Positions 10,950 through 22,301 of a DNA stretch of 64,000 bases are shown here, piece after piece. The number at the start of each line of letters is the position of its first letter. The first letter of the stretch is position 1. The position numbers were made by a program, and so were the translations under genes. The notes under the pieces were generated by a model. That model was not told where the DNA came from. It saw only the letters and a list, made by a program, of their open reading frames with translations, and did not search any database. The stretch covers positions 124,001 through 188,000 of the forward strand of contig NW_027271205.1 in assembly GCF_040938485.1 (NCBI RefSeq), in the 5' to 3' direction. Origin of the DNA: Diadema antillarum. Taxonomy: Eukaryota.

Positions 10950-12237
10950 TTATACCCCCGCCAAACGAAGTTTGAAGGGGGTATATAGGAATCAGCGGAC
11001 GGTCGGGCGGGCGGGCGGTCGGGCGGTCGGGCGGTCGGTCCGTTGCAAATCTTGCGTCGCGAACTACTTCCTCAGTTTTCAACCGATTCCCATAAAACTT
11101 GGCACAGATGTGTGCCTTGGGTTGTAGATGTGCAAGACGTATTTTTTGACAGTACCCAAAAGTACGTTGCCATGGTAACGGCATATTATGGGCAAAAATG
11201 GGTACAAATCTTGCGTCGCGAACTCCTCCCACAGTTTTTGATCAATTTTTATGAAATTAGGTACAGATGTTCATCTGAATATGTTAATGTGCAAGACACA
11301 TATTTCCGCAGTGGCAAAAAGTGCGTTGCCATGGTAACGGCATGTTAAATATAGGGCAAAATGCTTCATGGCAAAACTGCTTCATCAGTGTTCTTCCAAT
11401 TCTCATGGAATTCATATTGAATGTTTGTCTTAGGATATAGGTCAGCATGACACATTTCTTGACAGTGACAAAAAGTATGTTGCCATGGTAACAGCTCACA
11501 TATTATGAGCCAAAATGATGGAAAATTTTGTGTTGCAAACTACTTCCTCAGTTTTTGCCCAATTTCCATGAAACTTGGTACAGATGTGTGCCTTTGGTTG
11601 TAGATGTGCAAGACACATTTTTTGACAGTACCCGAAAGTACGTTGCCATGGTAACGGCATATTAATGGCAGAAGATCAAGGAAAGATCTTGCGGATTTAA
11701 CTACTTCCTCAGTTTTTTGACCAAAGCTTATGAAATGTGGCACACACCTTGATCTTGGTGGGAAGATGTGGAAGACATATTTTTCGGACATGTCGGAAGC
11801 TGCGTTGCCATGGTAACGGCATATAAATGGCAGAAGATCAAGGAAAGATCTTGCGGATTGAACTACTTCCTCTGTATTCGACTGAAGCTCATGAAATGTG
11901 GCACACACATTGGTCTTGGTGGGAAGATGTGCAAGACATATTTTTTGGACATGTCGGAAGCTGCGTTGCCATGGTAACGGCATATTAATGGTGGAAGATC
12001 AAGGAAAGATCTTGTGGATTGAACTACTTCCTCAGTTTTTGACAAAAGCTTATGAAATGTGGCACACACAATAGTCTTGGAGGGAAGATGTGCAAGACAT
12101 ATTTTTCGGACGTGTCGGAAGCTGCGTTGCCATGGTAACGGCATTTAAATGGCAGAAGATCAAGGAAAGATCATTCCTTGGGTAAGACTGTCGTCACGGG
12201 GCGGGGGTATTAATCACCTTAAGTGATATTTCTAGTT
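10950..12237 (+). mobile_element. HINE family 3 with a 7-unit ~160-bp internal array
   Basis: subTIR ATACCCCCGCC / GGCGGGGGTAT (12200-12210), (GGCG/GGTC)n microsatellite, 3' hairpin ATCAC-cttaa-GTGAT, ctagTT end. Confidence 0.8.
11166..12139. promoter_or_regulatory. Seven perfect RFX X-box motifs GTTGCCATGGTAAC inside HINE family 3
   Basis: Exact 14-mer at 11166, 11325, 11479, 11642, 11804, 11965 and 12126; fits the RFX consensus GTNRCC(n0-3)RGYAAC. Function not shown. Confidence 0.55.
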
Positions 12238-12329
12238 ACTTCTGGTTGCAGCGACAAAGCAAAGGATAACTTCAACTTTATGTTGGTAATTCATCATTGC
12301 ATTTTAACATTGCATTCTTGGATTTTTTT

Positions 12330-13700
12330 TGTTCTTCTCATTCTTAGAAAGCCGTGATGACATCAGCAGTGCACAAAGCCTCAAATATAGAGTGGTGTTT
12401 GCTTGTTTTACAGTCTCCACTTTTTTGCTCTTGCTCCCTTCACGAAGGCAGCTTCAACTTGGTCTGTTGCCTTCAGACAGACCCCTTTCATTTGTAGGTT
12501 TTCCTTGAAAAATTCCAGCGCCATTTCATTGAGAGCGTCATAAGAATAGGTGTAGACACGAAGAGCATGCGCGTCTTATGTGAAACCGTCAGGATTTGCC
12601 TTGTTGTTGCCGACCCAGAGATCTCGACATTGGCTTTTATATATGCCAGCATCATCGATGCCAGGAGGCACCAAGAGTGTAGTGGGGCAGTGATGACAAC
12701 AATGTAGTTCTCCCAGTAGTGAGACAACTGGATGTTTCAACTTAGGTCTGGCATCTCGCAGATGGACCACCTTGTCAGAGCGATGTCAAATGAAATGATA
12801 GTAGGGTGATCTTCAAAGGTCAGATTTCTCAGTTGACTTGCTTGCATGATCACAGTCAGCAGGATTGACCACTCGTGTGCTACCTCTGATGGGAGTATTG
12901 GTGTTGCTCCAACCTGGGTCAGTGGCTTGCATTGAGACACATGTGAATTGTATCCTACTCAGCCTGGAATATTGCTTGATGTTTCCCCTGTTTCCATTCT
13001 AGATAAAGGAGTTGCAACAATTCATCTCTAGTTGTTACAGCTGGTAGGATTCTGAGATCCCTTAAATGGTGACAGTGTGGTCTCTTCTCTTTCAAGTTGT
13101 GCTGGGATGTCAAAAGGATTGTTGATTCCTGCAAAGTTCACTCCATGTTCTTTCAAAGACGGAACATCCTGAATGAATAGTGACAGAAATTCCCTGACAT
13201 CATTTGGCTTTGATTTGCCGTAGAAAATGCCTATCACGAATGGATCTTTTACGGATGATGACTTCATCATGCTAGGGATTAAACATACTTGGGCAGAGGA
13301 ACTCTTGAAGAGTGGTAACCCATCAATGTTTACATCAAGCAGTAATTGTGACAAACTCTCAGGATGAATATTATTGGAAGACAGTGTGAACAACATACAC
13401 TCTTTCACACCAAAATGGTGGTATTCACCACCAGCTAGTGACATTACATTCTGGTAAACAATTGGTGGACAGCAAAGTTCTTCGGTCCTTGGGTGAATTT
13501 GGAAAGTCGGGTCAAAATGCAGCTAATAGCCCAGCAAGAGCAGCATGTGATACTTGATTCTAAAATTCAATAGTCCACTTGCATAGAGATCCTCCAGAAG
13601 CAAAGCCTCTGAGTCTGAACCACTCCCACCATGTGGACAATCAAAATCATTGATATGCTCAAAATCTGTGTGCATTTCAAATTCTTCCTGACGAAAACCA
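12330..13700 (-). mobile_element. Degenerate CMC/EnSpm(CACTA)-type DNA transposon relic
   Basis: ORF 13028-13444 contains GGEYHHFG...LDVNIDGLPLFKSSSAQV...DPFVIGIFYGKSKPNDVREFL, typical of the N-terminal half of animal EnSpm-like transposases. A broken second-ORF-like sequence follows at ~12330-13100. Termini not found. Confidence 0.7.
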
Positions 13701-14559
13701 GCAGCCCTGTCTGGTGCATGCACACAGGTTCATGAGAAGAGAGAATATCACTGTTGTCAGTCTGATCGTCAAGATTACCTTGTCCTGGCCCTGAATCATG
13801 AATACTGTCATCCTCACTGGCTTCCTTACAACTACACGTATTGGATGGACTATCGATGGGTTCTTCCAGTTGTGCTGCCCCGAGTGTCGGGGGAAGAAAA
13901 AAAAAGAGCCTGAGGCATGGCTCGATTTCCCAAAAGCCATCTGACACTCGGGCAACTGATGACTTGTTCTAATCTGTGGTCTGAGGACGTGCCTCTCCAT
14001 TTTATCTAGAGGCAGGCACGTATTACAGACAAAGGTACAGTGACTGGGCAAATATGTCATGAGAAGTCTGTAGCAAGGCCCTTATGCTGAATTTTCGCCA
14101 ACTTGGTGGCTTAGATGACAATGGGTAGGCAATAATGTTGGTAAGTAAATAAGCAAATACGTTTACAGCCAAACCCATCTCATACAGTGTGCCAAACACA
14201 TTTTTAGAGAATACCAAAGAATGCATTGCCATGGCAACAGCATGTCATGACACTAAAGAAAATAACCAAGGAATCACCTTGCAAGACAAACGGCATGAAT
14301 TCTCAAGCTTCAAAGAAGGTATCAACAGTAAGGAAAATGAACAGTGCAATGGACAAGACGTGGTGGAAAGAAATAGGCAACAACCAGTGTGCTACAAGTA
14401 TTTCAAATGCTTGAGACAATATCAATCATTACCTTAACTTCGATAAGTTTGATGTGATGAGTCTGTCTCAGGTTTTCCAGACACAGGCTTTGTTAGGATG
14501 TTCCTTTTAATGTGTTCAAATCAAACGAATTAAAAAAAAAAATAGCATTAAATGCCTCG

Positions 14560-16790
14560 TTTGGTTTCGTGAACTATAAGGTTCACTTGTAATTTCCAAT
14601 TTGCTCCCATGTGCCAAAGTCACTGTGATGAATTCCTATGCAATCTTATCTTGGGCTGACAACTTGGGTTTGGTTAGGACAACATCCTCCATGGGCTTGA
14701 CTTCTTTCACACTATGAAGTGTATCAGTCGAAAGGTTCCATTCGGTCCCAAAACACAGATGTGGTCCTGACATCCTCCTTAGAGTCACACACCTCCTTTA
14801 CATTTGACCGCCATTCACGGATGTCAGATTTGCCCTTAGCAAGCGATTCTACAAGCTTGGCTTTCAGGTTGATGGCTTCCTTGACATTGTTGATGGATTC
14901 ACTCGGGTCATCCGCATAGAACTCATCGGTGGTAACTTTCTTCAGTTGCTCTTCACCAGGTGCATGTTTATTTGTGACGTGCGTGAGTGAGGGTGACAGT
15001 TGCCGCCGTTCTAGAAGGCCTGTCTCCGAATGTCACAGTGGTGAGTTCATAAACTTGAATGGGTTGGTTCTGGTTTTCGGGAAAAACGTACCGATGAAAC
15101 CTTGCATCTTCTGGCCTGATCTGGATCGCCTGGAATGTTTTGCAAATATCAGCTATGATGCCCACTTTGATCTCTCTGAAATGCAGAGCCACGTTGATCA
15201 GAATTCAGGTCTTTACCTTTCATGAGGTAGTCGTTCAAGCAATGACCTTGAAATATCGCCTTTGCGTCGTAGACAATCCTGACTGGGATGGTTTCTGAAT
15301 CTTCTTTACAGCAGAATGTGGTAAGAACCACATTTTTCTTCCAGCTTCTCTGTCTTGTCGAACCTCTGCATCACTGACGGGATGTGAAACACCTCTGTGC
15401 TGCAGATCCCTCATTTGCTTGCAGTACATGTCCCACTCCTCAGGCCTGTCTCTGAACTGGCTTTCCAAGCCATGCAGTCTCTACACGGCATAGCTGTAGT
15501 TGTCCGGAAGACTATCTGGGGACTTCTTCCACAGCAACATGATTTCGTACGCGCCATCGTAATGCTGAGTAACACTTCGCTCAATCGCTTCAGTTGCTCC
15601 TCTGTCCAAGAGCTCTGATGAGCATTTACATCTTCTCGGCTGCAAGGCTGCTGTTTCCAGGCCGAGGAACTTCTCCAAGGGACCGATTGTCGACTCATTG
15701 ACATGATTCAGCAGCGCTGCAGAGCCTTCTGCCTGTCCTCCTTGGATGAACCATCCCAACGGGCATCTCCCCGCTACAGCCTTGTCAGGTTTTTCTCCAA
15801 GGATGTATTCCTCCATTATCATCAAATGGATGTTGTCAATGCCTAGCAACACGTCAACAGTTTCAGAAGAGGCAAGCGTGTGCATCAACTCCATGCAGGT
15901 GGTGATACTGCTGGAGGTCTTTTGGTTGTACAACTGGGGCTTCCCCACAAGGCTTATCTGTTTCTGTCAGTGGGTAGGACCAGTTTTCCCCTGATGTTTT
16001 CGATGTAACAGTCCAACAGTCAGTTGTCTTCCTGATTATGGTACCTCCAACCGGACTTAGATCATGATCCTGATAGATGTCTTTCTCTGTCTTGGAGAAG
16101 ATTCCTTCTCTTATCAGAGTGGCCTGGCTTCCATCATCTAACAGAATCCTCACCAGTTCACGATTATTTCCATATGGCGGATAACCTATGACAGCAGGGA
16201 GGACTCTCTGTAATGCGCCTGCGTCCTTGTTCGCAACCGTTCTTCACACTCGCTGAAGTGGTGTTGGAACGTGTTGGTGGTGCAGTGCGATTCCCTGGAG
16301 ACGAAGAGCTTTGATCTCTTTCTCCATATACAACAAGGCAAATACATATAGCAGAGAAGTGGGAATCATCGCCACAATTCTGAATCTTGCAGGGTGATGC
16401 AAACTGACATAGTTTGTGGTCATATGGGGAACCAATGAACTTTCTCGCATGTACGATGGTCTCCATAAACCTATTCTCACACTCTTCCATCCAGGTCTCC
16501 TTTTCTTCACATGTCGCTTCATCTGCTATATTCTCGACCAGCTCCACATGTTTACTTTCAATTTGTTTGAATTGACCCTCCGTCTTGGTTATGTTACGTG
16601 CCCCTTTGAAGGTGTCAACCTCGCCAAAGGTGTCCTTTGATAGTTTGTCGATGGAGTTTAAGGTGCATGTCAAACCCCCTTTGGTGTTCCTCATTGTTAA
16701 CTTCAATTTCTCTGTTAGCCATGGTATGGTTCTGGAAATCTCAAGTTCTTGATAGTGAAAATGAGTGTTATAGCGCAATAAACGTTGATG
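14560..16790 (-). mobile_element. Degenerate BEL/Pao LTR retrotransposon gag-pro-RT relic (frameshifted)
   Basis: Gag-like ORF 16164-16778; protease RILLDDGSQATLIRE; VDVLLGID...RCPLGWFIQG; WFLPH..V / PVRIVYDAKA / LNDYLMKG; RT ADICKTFQAI...VTFGDRPS; FYADD at 14907-14921. Truncated before RNase H and integrase; no LTRs seen. Confidence 0.88.
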
Positions 16791-16811
16791 GTGTATTAAG
16801 TCACATCTTAA

Positions 16812-17195
16812 AGGGTGTGTAGGCCTACAGTACTGGTCGAGGTGAGGATTTAGCTTTTAACGTTTTTCGAGATATTCAGAAACCACTCTATGAGATGCCA
16901 AAGAGCATGCAATTCTATGGGGTATCAAAAGTTTATTTGTTGAAAATCAGTTTTGAAATGGCTGAGATATCCAAAAACAAGGTGAAACAGATATCCTAAT
17001 AAAAGGCGTGGCCTGTAGTCTTTTATCATTATCACTTTTTTGGATATCTCAGCCATTTGAAAACCAATTTTCATCAAATAAACGTTGAATCCTTCTTAAA
17101 ATTACATGATCTTTCATATTTCATAAGATGTTACTATCTCACTTAGGAATGTAAAAAACATGAATCCCCACCACAACCAGTACTGTACAGCCCCT
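16812..17195. mobile_element. Kolobok/T2-type MITE, copy 2
   Basis: TTAA TSDs (16808-16811, 17196-17199), AGGG...CCCT termini, same core as 8995-9376 (gttttgaaatggctgagatat / ttttcatcaaataaac). Confidence 0.8.
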
Positions 17196-18942
17196 TTAAA
17201 CTTGATGTGGATTCTTTATTCTGTTACACTGTATTTATTGATGAACTGGATACTGTGCGTACTGCAGACTTCAGCTTGAAATATGATAGTATAGTCCATT
17301 TAATAACTGTGTAGGAATGAGTGGTTCCCTGAATTGTTGTCAGGATTAGCTTGTCCAAGAAAACCAAACTATAAGCAAGATGCAGTAGCTAACGCACTAT
17401 GAGCAAACTGCTGCTCTTGTGGAACGACTGGCAGAAACTCGCTACTGAAGTCTTAAATTCAGACCCAAACTGTGAAACTCGTACTAGATTTTATCATTCC
17501 ATGAGTCACACCTCAAACAGATATTTGTTAAAGGCTTGTTTGTGCTGTCATATGATCCATTTCCTACACCACAATTTGGCCATTAGGAGCTGATTGTATC
17601 ATTTTTGTTTATTTGTTTCACAATTTGCACCACGATTGAAATCTTGGTCTGAATCGTGGATTACTGGTGGTGATCGTATCAAGTCATATCAGCTCTTACC
17701 AGATTTTTTAGGTCAGTCATGACAACTGCATTGATTGTAAACAGTTTTCAACAATTTAAAACTTGTCTTTGATTAATGTAATTGCCACAAGTGACCTCAA
17801 AATCTGATACAATTAACAAGATGATAACTCCATGATGTCAACAGTTGCAAAGATTGGAAAGACATAAATGAAAATACCATGTAATACTAATGGACAATGC
17901 ATAGGGGATTGCACGGCAATGGGAACAAGCCTTTATGGGGTTCAGAGTTTATGCATACCATTTTTATAATTTTTTTTTGTAAGGTTGTTCATAACCCCCA
18001 AATGTTTGTCTTGGTCTTGTTGAACATTAGCAAAAAACAATGCATGCAAACTGGTATGCAAACTGGTGTCCAAATGCTAAAATATATAAAATGTAAAAGG
18101 TTGAGTTGAATAGGTATTGCTACATGTATGTCCTTAGGGTAGAATGTCCATGATATTGAAATGCTCGGAAAACAGCCAATACACGACTTTCATGATGTAC
18201 TGAATTGTATATGTACAAGACTCTTGCAACAACTATTTGGTACCTCTTGGATTACCAAGGGTATCACAGGTAAATCTTGAATGCATGTTTGCATATTTAA
18301 AAAAAAAAAAAATCTAGTTCAGGCAAGCTGCTGGCAAACCTTGAACTTATCATGGTTAACCTCTGTCACGGAAATGTGCAGAGGATTTGAAAGCGTTACA
18401 AAACTGGAGTTTGTACTGATGTTTTTACTGCAATGAGCAGGGCAGTTTCAATGTGATGCATGAACCTTTTCCCCCCTTTTTTTTTTTGATATGCAGCACA
18501 ATTGAATGCATACTGCTTGTTAACTTACACGATAATGTGCAGGACAGTTACATGCAGATTTGTGCATTACAAATGTTGAGATGATTTTTGTGGTGATGTA
18601 AATATTTTTTTTTTATTGAAAATGAATAAAAATGATCGCACATACTGAAATATTCAGGTGTTAGTGTTGTTACTATCAATCTATGTAATCAGAGGAGATG
18701 TACTTGTAGTATCTGACCAGTGAAGGTTTGTTAGTATCAGGAACAGCAGGGCCTGGATCAAAATCATAAAGCAATACATGATCATTAATGCACTATCCTG
18801 GACTACATCTACAACTATTTAATGCATTAGTGTCCCAAGAGCTATTTTATTTTACCAAGGCCAAAGGCTGATGTAAAAGAAACTGACATGATAGCAAACA
18901 GTGTTCTTGTTGTTCATAAATTTCAGAATAGTGTCTGACAGT

Positions 18943-20472
18943 ATACAAATAGTGAATGGTCACGAGTGCAATGGTGCGAAATCTCGTTCCATTGCACGAG
19001 TAAAGACCATACACTATTTGTTTTATACAACGTCCAAGTAGATCTTTTGGGTTGGATTGTTGGGTAGGTCTAGGTAGGCCTAGAAGTCTATATGTATGAA
19101 AAATATAGCCATACTTACATGTGGATCCACTGCGATTCTCTTTCTGGCTTGTGCAATCAGTGTAGATACAGGTCACAGCGCTCGCTCATACACGTACACT
19201 AGCACTACGTAGGCCTACATACGCGCACGCATGTACCGCACACGACACTGCGCTAGCTGCATGCGATCCTCAATATGCAACACACAGTACATGCAGTACC
19301 GTACAATTTCTCGAACCGTGGAATAGAATGAAAAAATCGAACCAAGTTGCACGCAAAAATAGAACCAAAATTGCATGGCGCGTTGAATGGAGTACTTATT
19401 GAATATCACGTCACCAACAATCCTCCTATCAAATTACAAGGATCTGCTTGGACGTTGTATAATATACAAATAATGAATGTTTATGAGTGCAATGGACAGA
19501 ATATTTCATGAGGTGAAAGATGAAATGATCCATTCAACGAGGCGCAGCCGAGTTGAATGGATCGAACATTTCATCTTTTACTGAATGAAATATTCTGTCC
19601 ATTGCACGAATTAAAAACATTTATTATTTGTTTTATATAATGCCTAAAATAGATCATTGTCATTTGATGTTTTATTAATTTAGAAACGAGAGAATCTGAG
19701 ATCGCGAGAGTGCTCTCTGAGCGCCTTACGCTAGCGCGCTGTCGCATACACACACTGCAAACGCAAGTGTTTTACATGCGTAGTGTGCCAGGCTCTCAGC
19801 GAGCGTGCAATGGAGCAAATCGTATGGACCCAAAATTGCACAGTAAATGGAGCCACAATTGCACGGATTATGACATCATAGTGAAATGGGGCGAATGACC
19901 AATGTCAAACAACCAATCAAATGACAAAGATCTCCTCAGGCGTTATATAACATGCACTATTATTTATGTTACATAGCACCTACAGAGATCCTTGTCATTT
20001 GATTGGAGGTTTGATATCGATCATTTGTCCCATTTTAGTATGATGTCATTATTAGTGCAATTATGGCTTCATTTACCGTGTAATCTTGGATCCATATGAT
20101 TTGATCCATTGCACACACGCTGAGATCCCGGCACACTACGTACGTAAAACGCTTGCATTTGCAGTCTGCGTCTTTGTTCATGTGATCAAGCATGCATATA
20201 CCGCTCAGTGAGCATTCTCTCGATCACAGATCTTGCATATTCTCTCGGTTTCTAAATTCATAAAACATCAAATGACATTGGTTGATTTTTAGGCGTTATT
20301 TAAAACAAATAATAAATGTTTTTCATTTGTGAAATGGGTGAAATATTTCATTCGGTTAAAGATGAAATCTTTGATCCATTCAACTCGCCTGCGCCTTGTT
20401 GAATGGATAATTTCATCTTTCACCTCATGAAATATTCTGTCCATTGCACTCATAAACGTTCATTATTTGTAT
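18943..20472. mobile_element. Foldback element built from three palindromic modules separated by two inverted-repeat-bounded arms
   Basis: Modules at 18943-19024, 19465-19635 and ~20300-20472 share ACAAATA.TGAATG...GAGTGCAATGG / CCATTGCAC...TATTTGT. Arm 1 is bounded by TTATACAACGTCCAAGTAGATC / GATCTGCTTGGACGTTGTATAA. 19465-20472 is an imperfect ~1-kb palindrome centred near 19960. Confidence 0.8.
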
Positions 20473-21684
20473 TCTGTTTGTCGTAGTAAATGAAGTGTAT
20501 TCATAAAATTTATTCCCCACACAAAGTCAGAGTTATGTCGCATGACCATGCACAAACTACATCTGAATAACATGCAGTGAATATCATATGATGCCAATTC
20601 CACCAGTCAAGAATCATGTTATAAATTTGCTTTTTACTACTGTATACCATTTCAAATGAAACACTCACTTTATTTGGTTTCCATAGGGGGAACTTATATC
20701 GAAATTTGATTGTGGTGATTTAGCGATCTTATGCATTTCTCAGTTCTTTGCAGAAGTAGACTAAGAGAGACTACTAATACTGTATCGTCCTTGTGAGGAC
20801 TGATACATGCAATGTACCACAAACTGTGACTTAGCATCCTATCATGCAAGAGCCAACCTTCCAACAACACAACTTACAATTGTTCCTTAATTTTTGTCAC
20901 TGCTGATAGGCATTGAATGGTGAGGTTTGGGTAATGATATTCTTGATAAGCAAACCAATATCTCTCAAATGTCTTTGATAGGTGTAAATGTTGTAAGAGA
21001 AACTGTTTGTCACTATTTGTCATATTTGGATCTTTTCTTCCCATGGCTGAATAGCTGTAACATTGCATACTTTGCATACATTAAGATTCAAATTGTGCTT
21101 TTTTTTTTGCACTCTTGTTCACAGCTACACAGGAAAAGAACTTATGACTCAAATTGCACCTACAGTGTATTCATGGAGGAAACATTGCAATCCAAATCAC
21201 ACCAGTTCATGAAGGAAAAATTGCGATCCAAATCGCACCAGTTTGAGTGAGGCCAAACTGTGCATGCATGAGTCTTGGTGTTTGACCTGACTTTGACCCG
21301 ACTGACCGCACGCATCTTGCATTTTGGGATAGCAAAAAAATGGTGCAATTCTTCACAGCGTTCATACACTTTGAACCGCAAATAATCACAACTATTTTGG
21401 AAATGTTGCACTTTTAGTGGTGTGCAAATTTTTATTTGAATCTCACTAAAAGTCACAATTTAATTATTATGTCCACACACATTAAAAACCGGTGTTTGTG
21501 TCGCAGTTTGAATCGCAAGGCAAATAAATGTGATGATTAGTGGCTGTGTGAATGGGACTAATATGCCCTCATCAGTTAACCGTGAGATGACTTGAAACCT
21601 TTGTCCAGTTGGCCAGAGTTGGAAAGTGCTGCCTCTGAAGGGACTTGTTAATATATGTGAATATACAGTATGTGAACATATCTA

Positions 21685-21713
21685 TCTATCTCTCTCTCCC
21701 TCCCTCCTTCTCC

Positions 21714-21750
<37 letters not shown>

Positions 21751-21778
21751 CGTATATATATATATATATATATATATA
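21685..21778. repeat. (CT)n-(AT)n compound microsatellite
   Basis: Direct reading. Confidence 0.95.
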
Positions 21779-22301
21779 CTGTAAACGTGGAAATTTTCGC
21801 GGTACATTAATTTTCGCGGATTTTGCGCTACACTCGGCTAGCGCGAATTCAAAAACGCGCGAATATATCTTCACAATTTTCTACGCACATTTTGAACGGG
21901 ATGAATTGTGTGCGCTTCATCGATGATACTGCTACGTAGTACAATGTACAGGCATGTTTACGCTACTAGTACTGTGCGAAGAGACGATACCCTAGATTGC
22001 TGTATACTGTAGCATGCATGTGTGCACCGCACGCATCGATGCTACAGTCCCCCGTGACTACGGTACTAGAGTCACAGCTGTACTACGTATTTGAGTGCTT
22101 GTACTCGCAGTCGAGCCGCTCGCTACGTCGCTTGTCGTACGCTGGCATAGCAAGCTATGTAGCAGAGGCTTTGGATGAAAGCAGTGAATGTGTACTACAG
22201 TAAAGTAACCTGCTGCGGAGCGCGAATTTAAGAACCCGCGAATACGTTTTCAAGCCGCTCAGCGCGAAAAATTAATCGCGCGAAAATATTGACGTTTACA
22301 G
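21779..22301. mobile_element. Tc1/mariner-type MITE inserted in a (TA)n tract
   Basis: TIR CTGTAAACGT...ATTTTCGCG / CGCGAAAAT...ACGTTTACAG with TA on both flanks; repeated TTTTCGCG/CGCGAA subterminal motifs. Confidence 0.85.

Noticed and set aside
11043-12144. Clusters of similar short ORFs (MPLPWQR…, CVAMVTA…)
   Set aside because: Translations of the HINE tandem array; non-coding.
17330-17560. Frameshifted plus-strand peptide (…ETRYEVLNSDPNCETRTRFYHSM…) faintly like a pogo/Tigger transposase C-terminus
   Set aside because: Similarity too short and needs several frameshifts; cannot be supported without a search.
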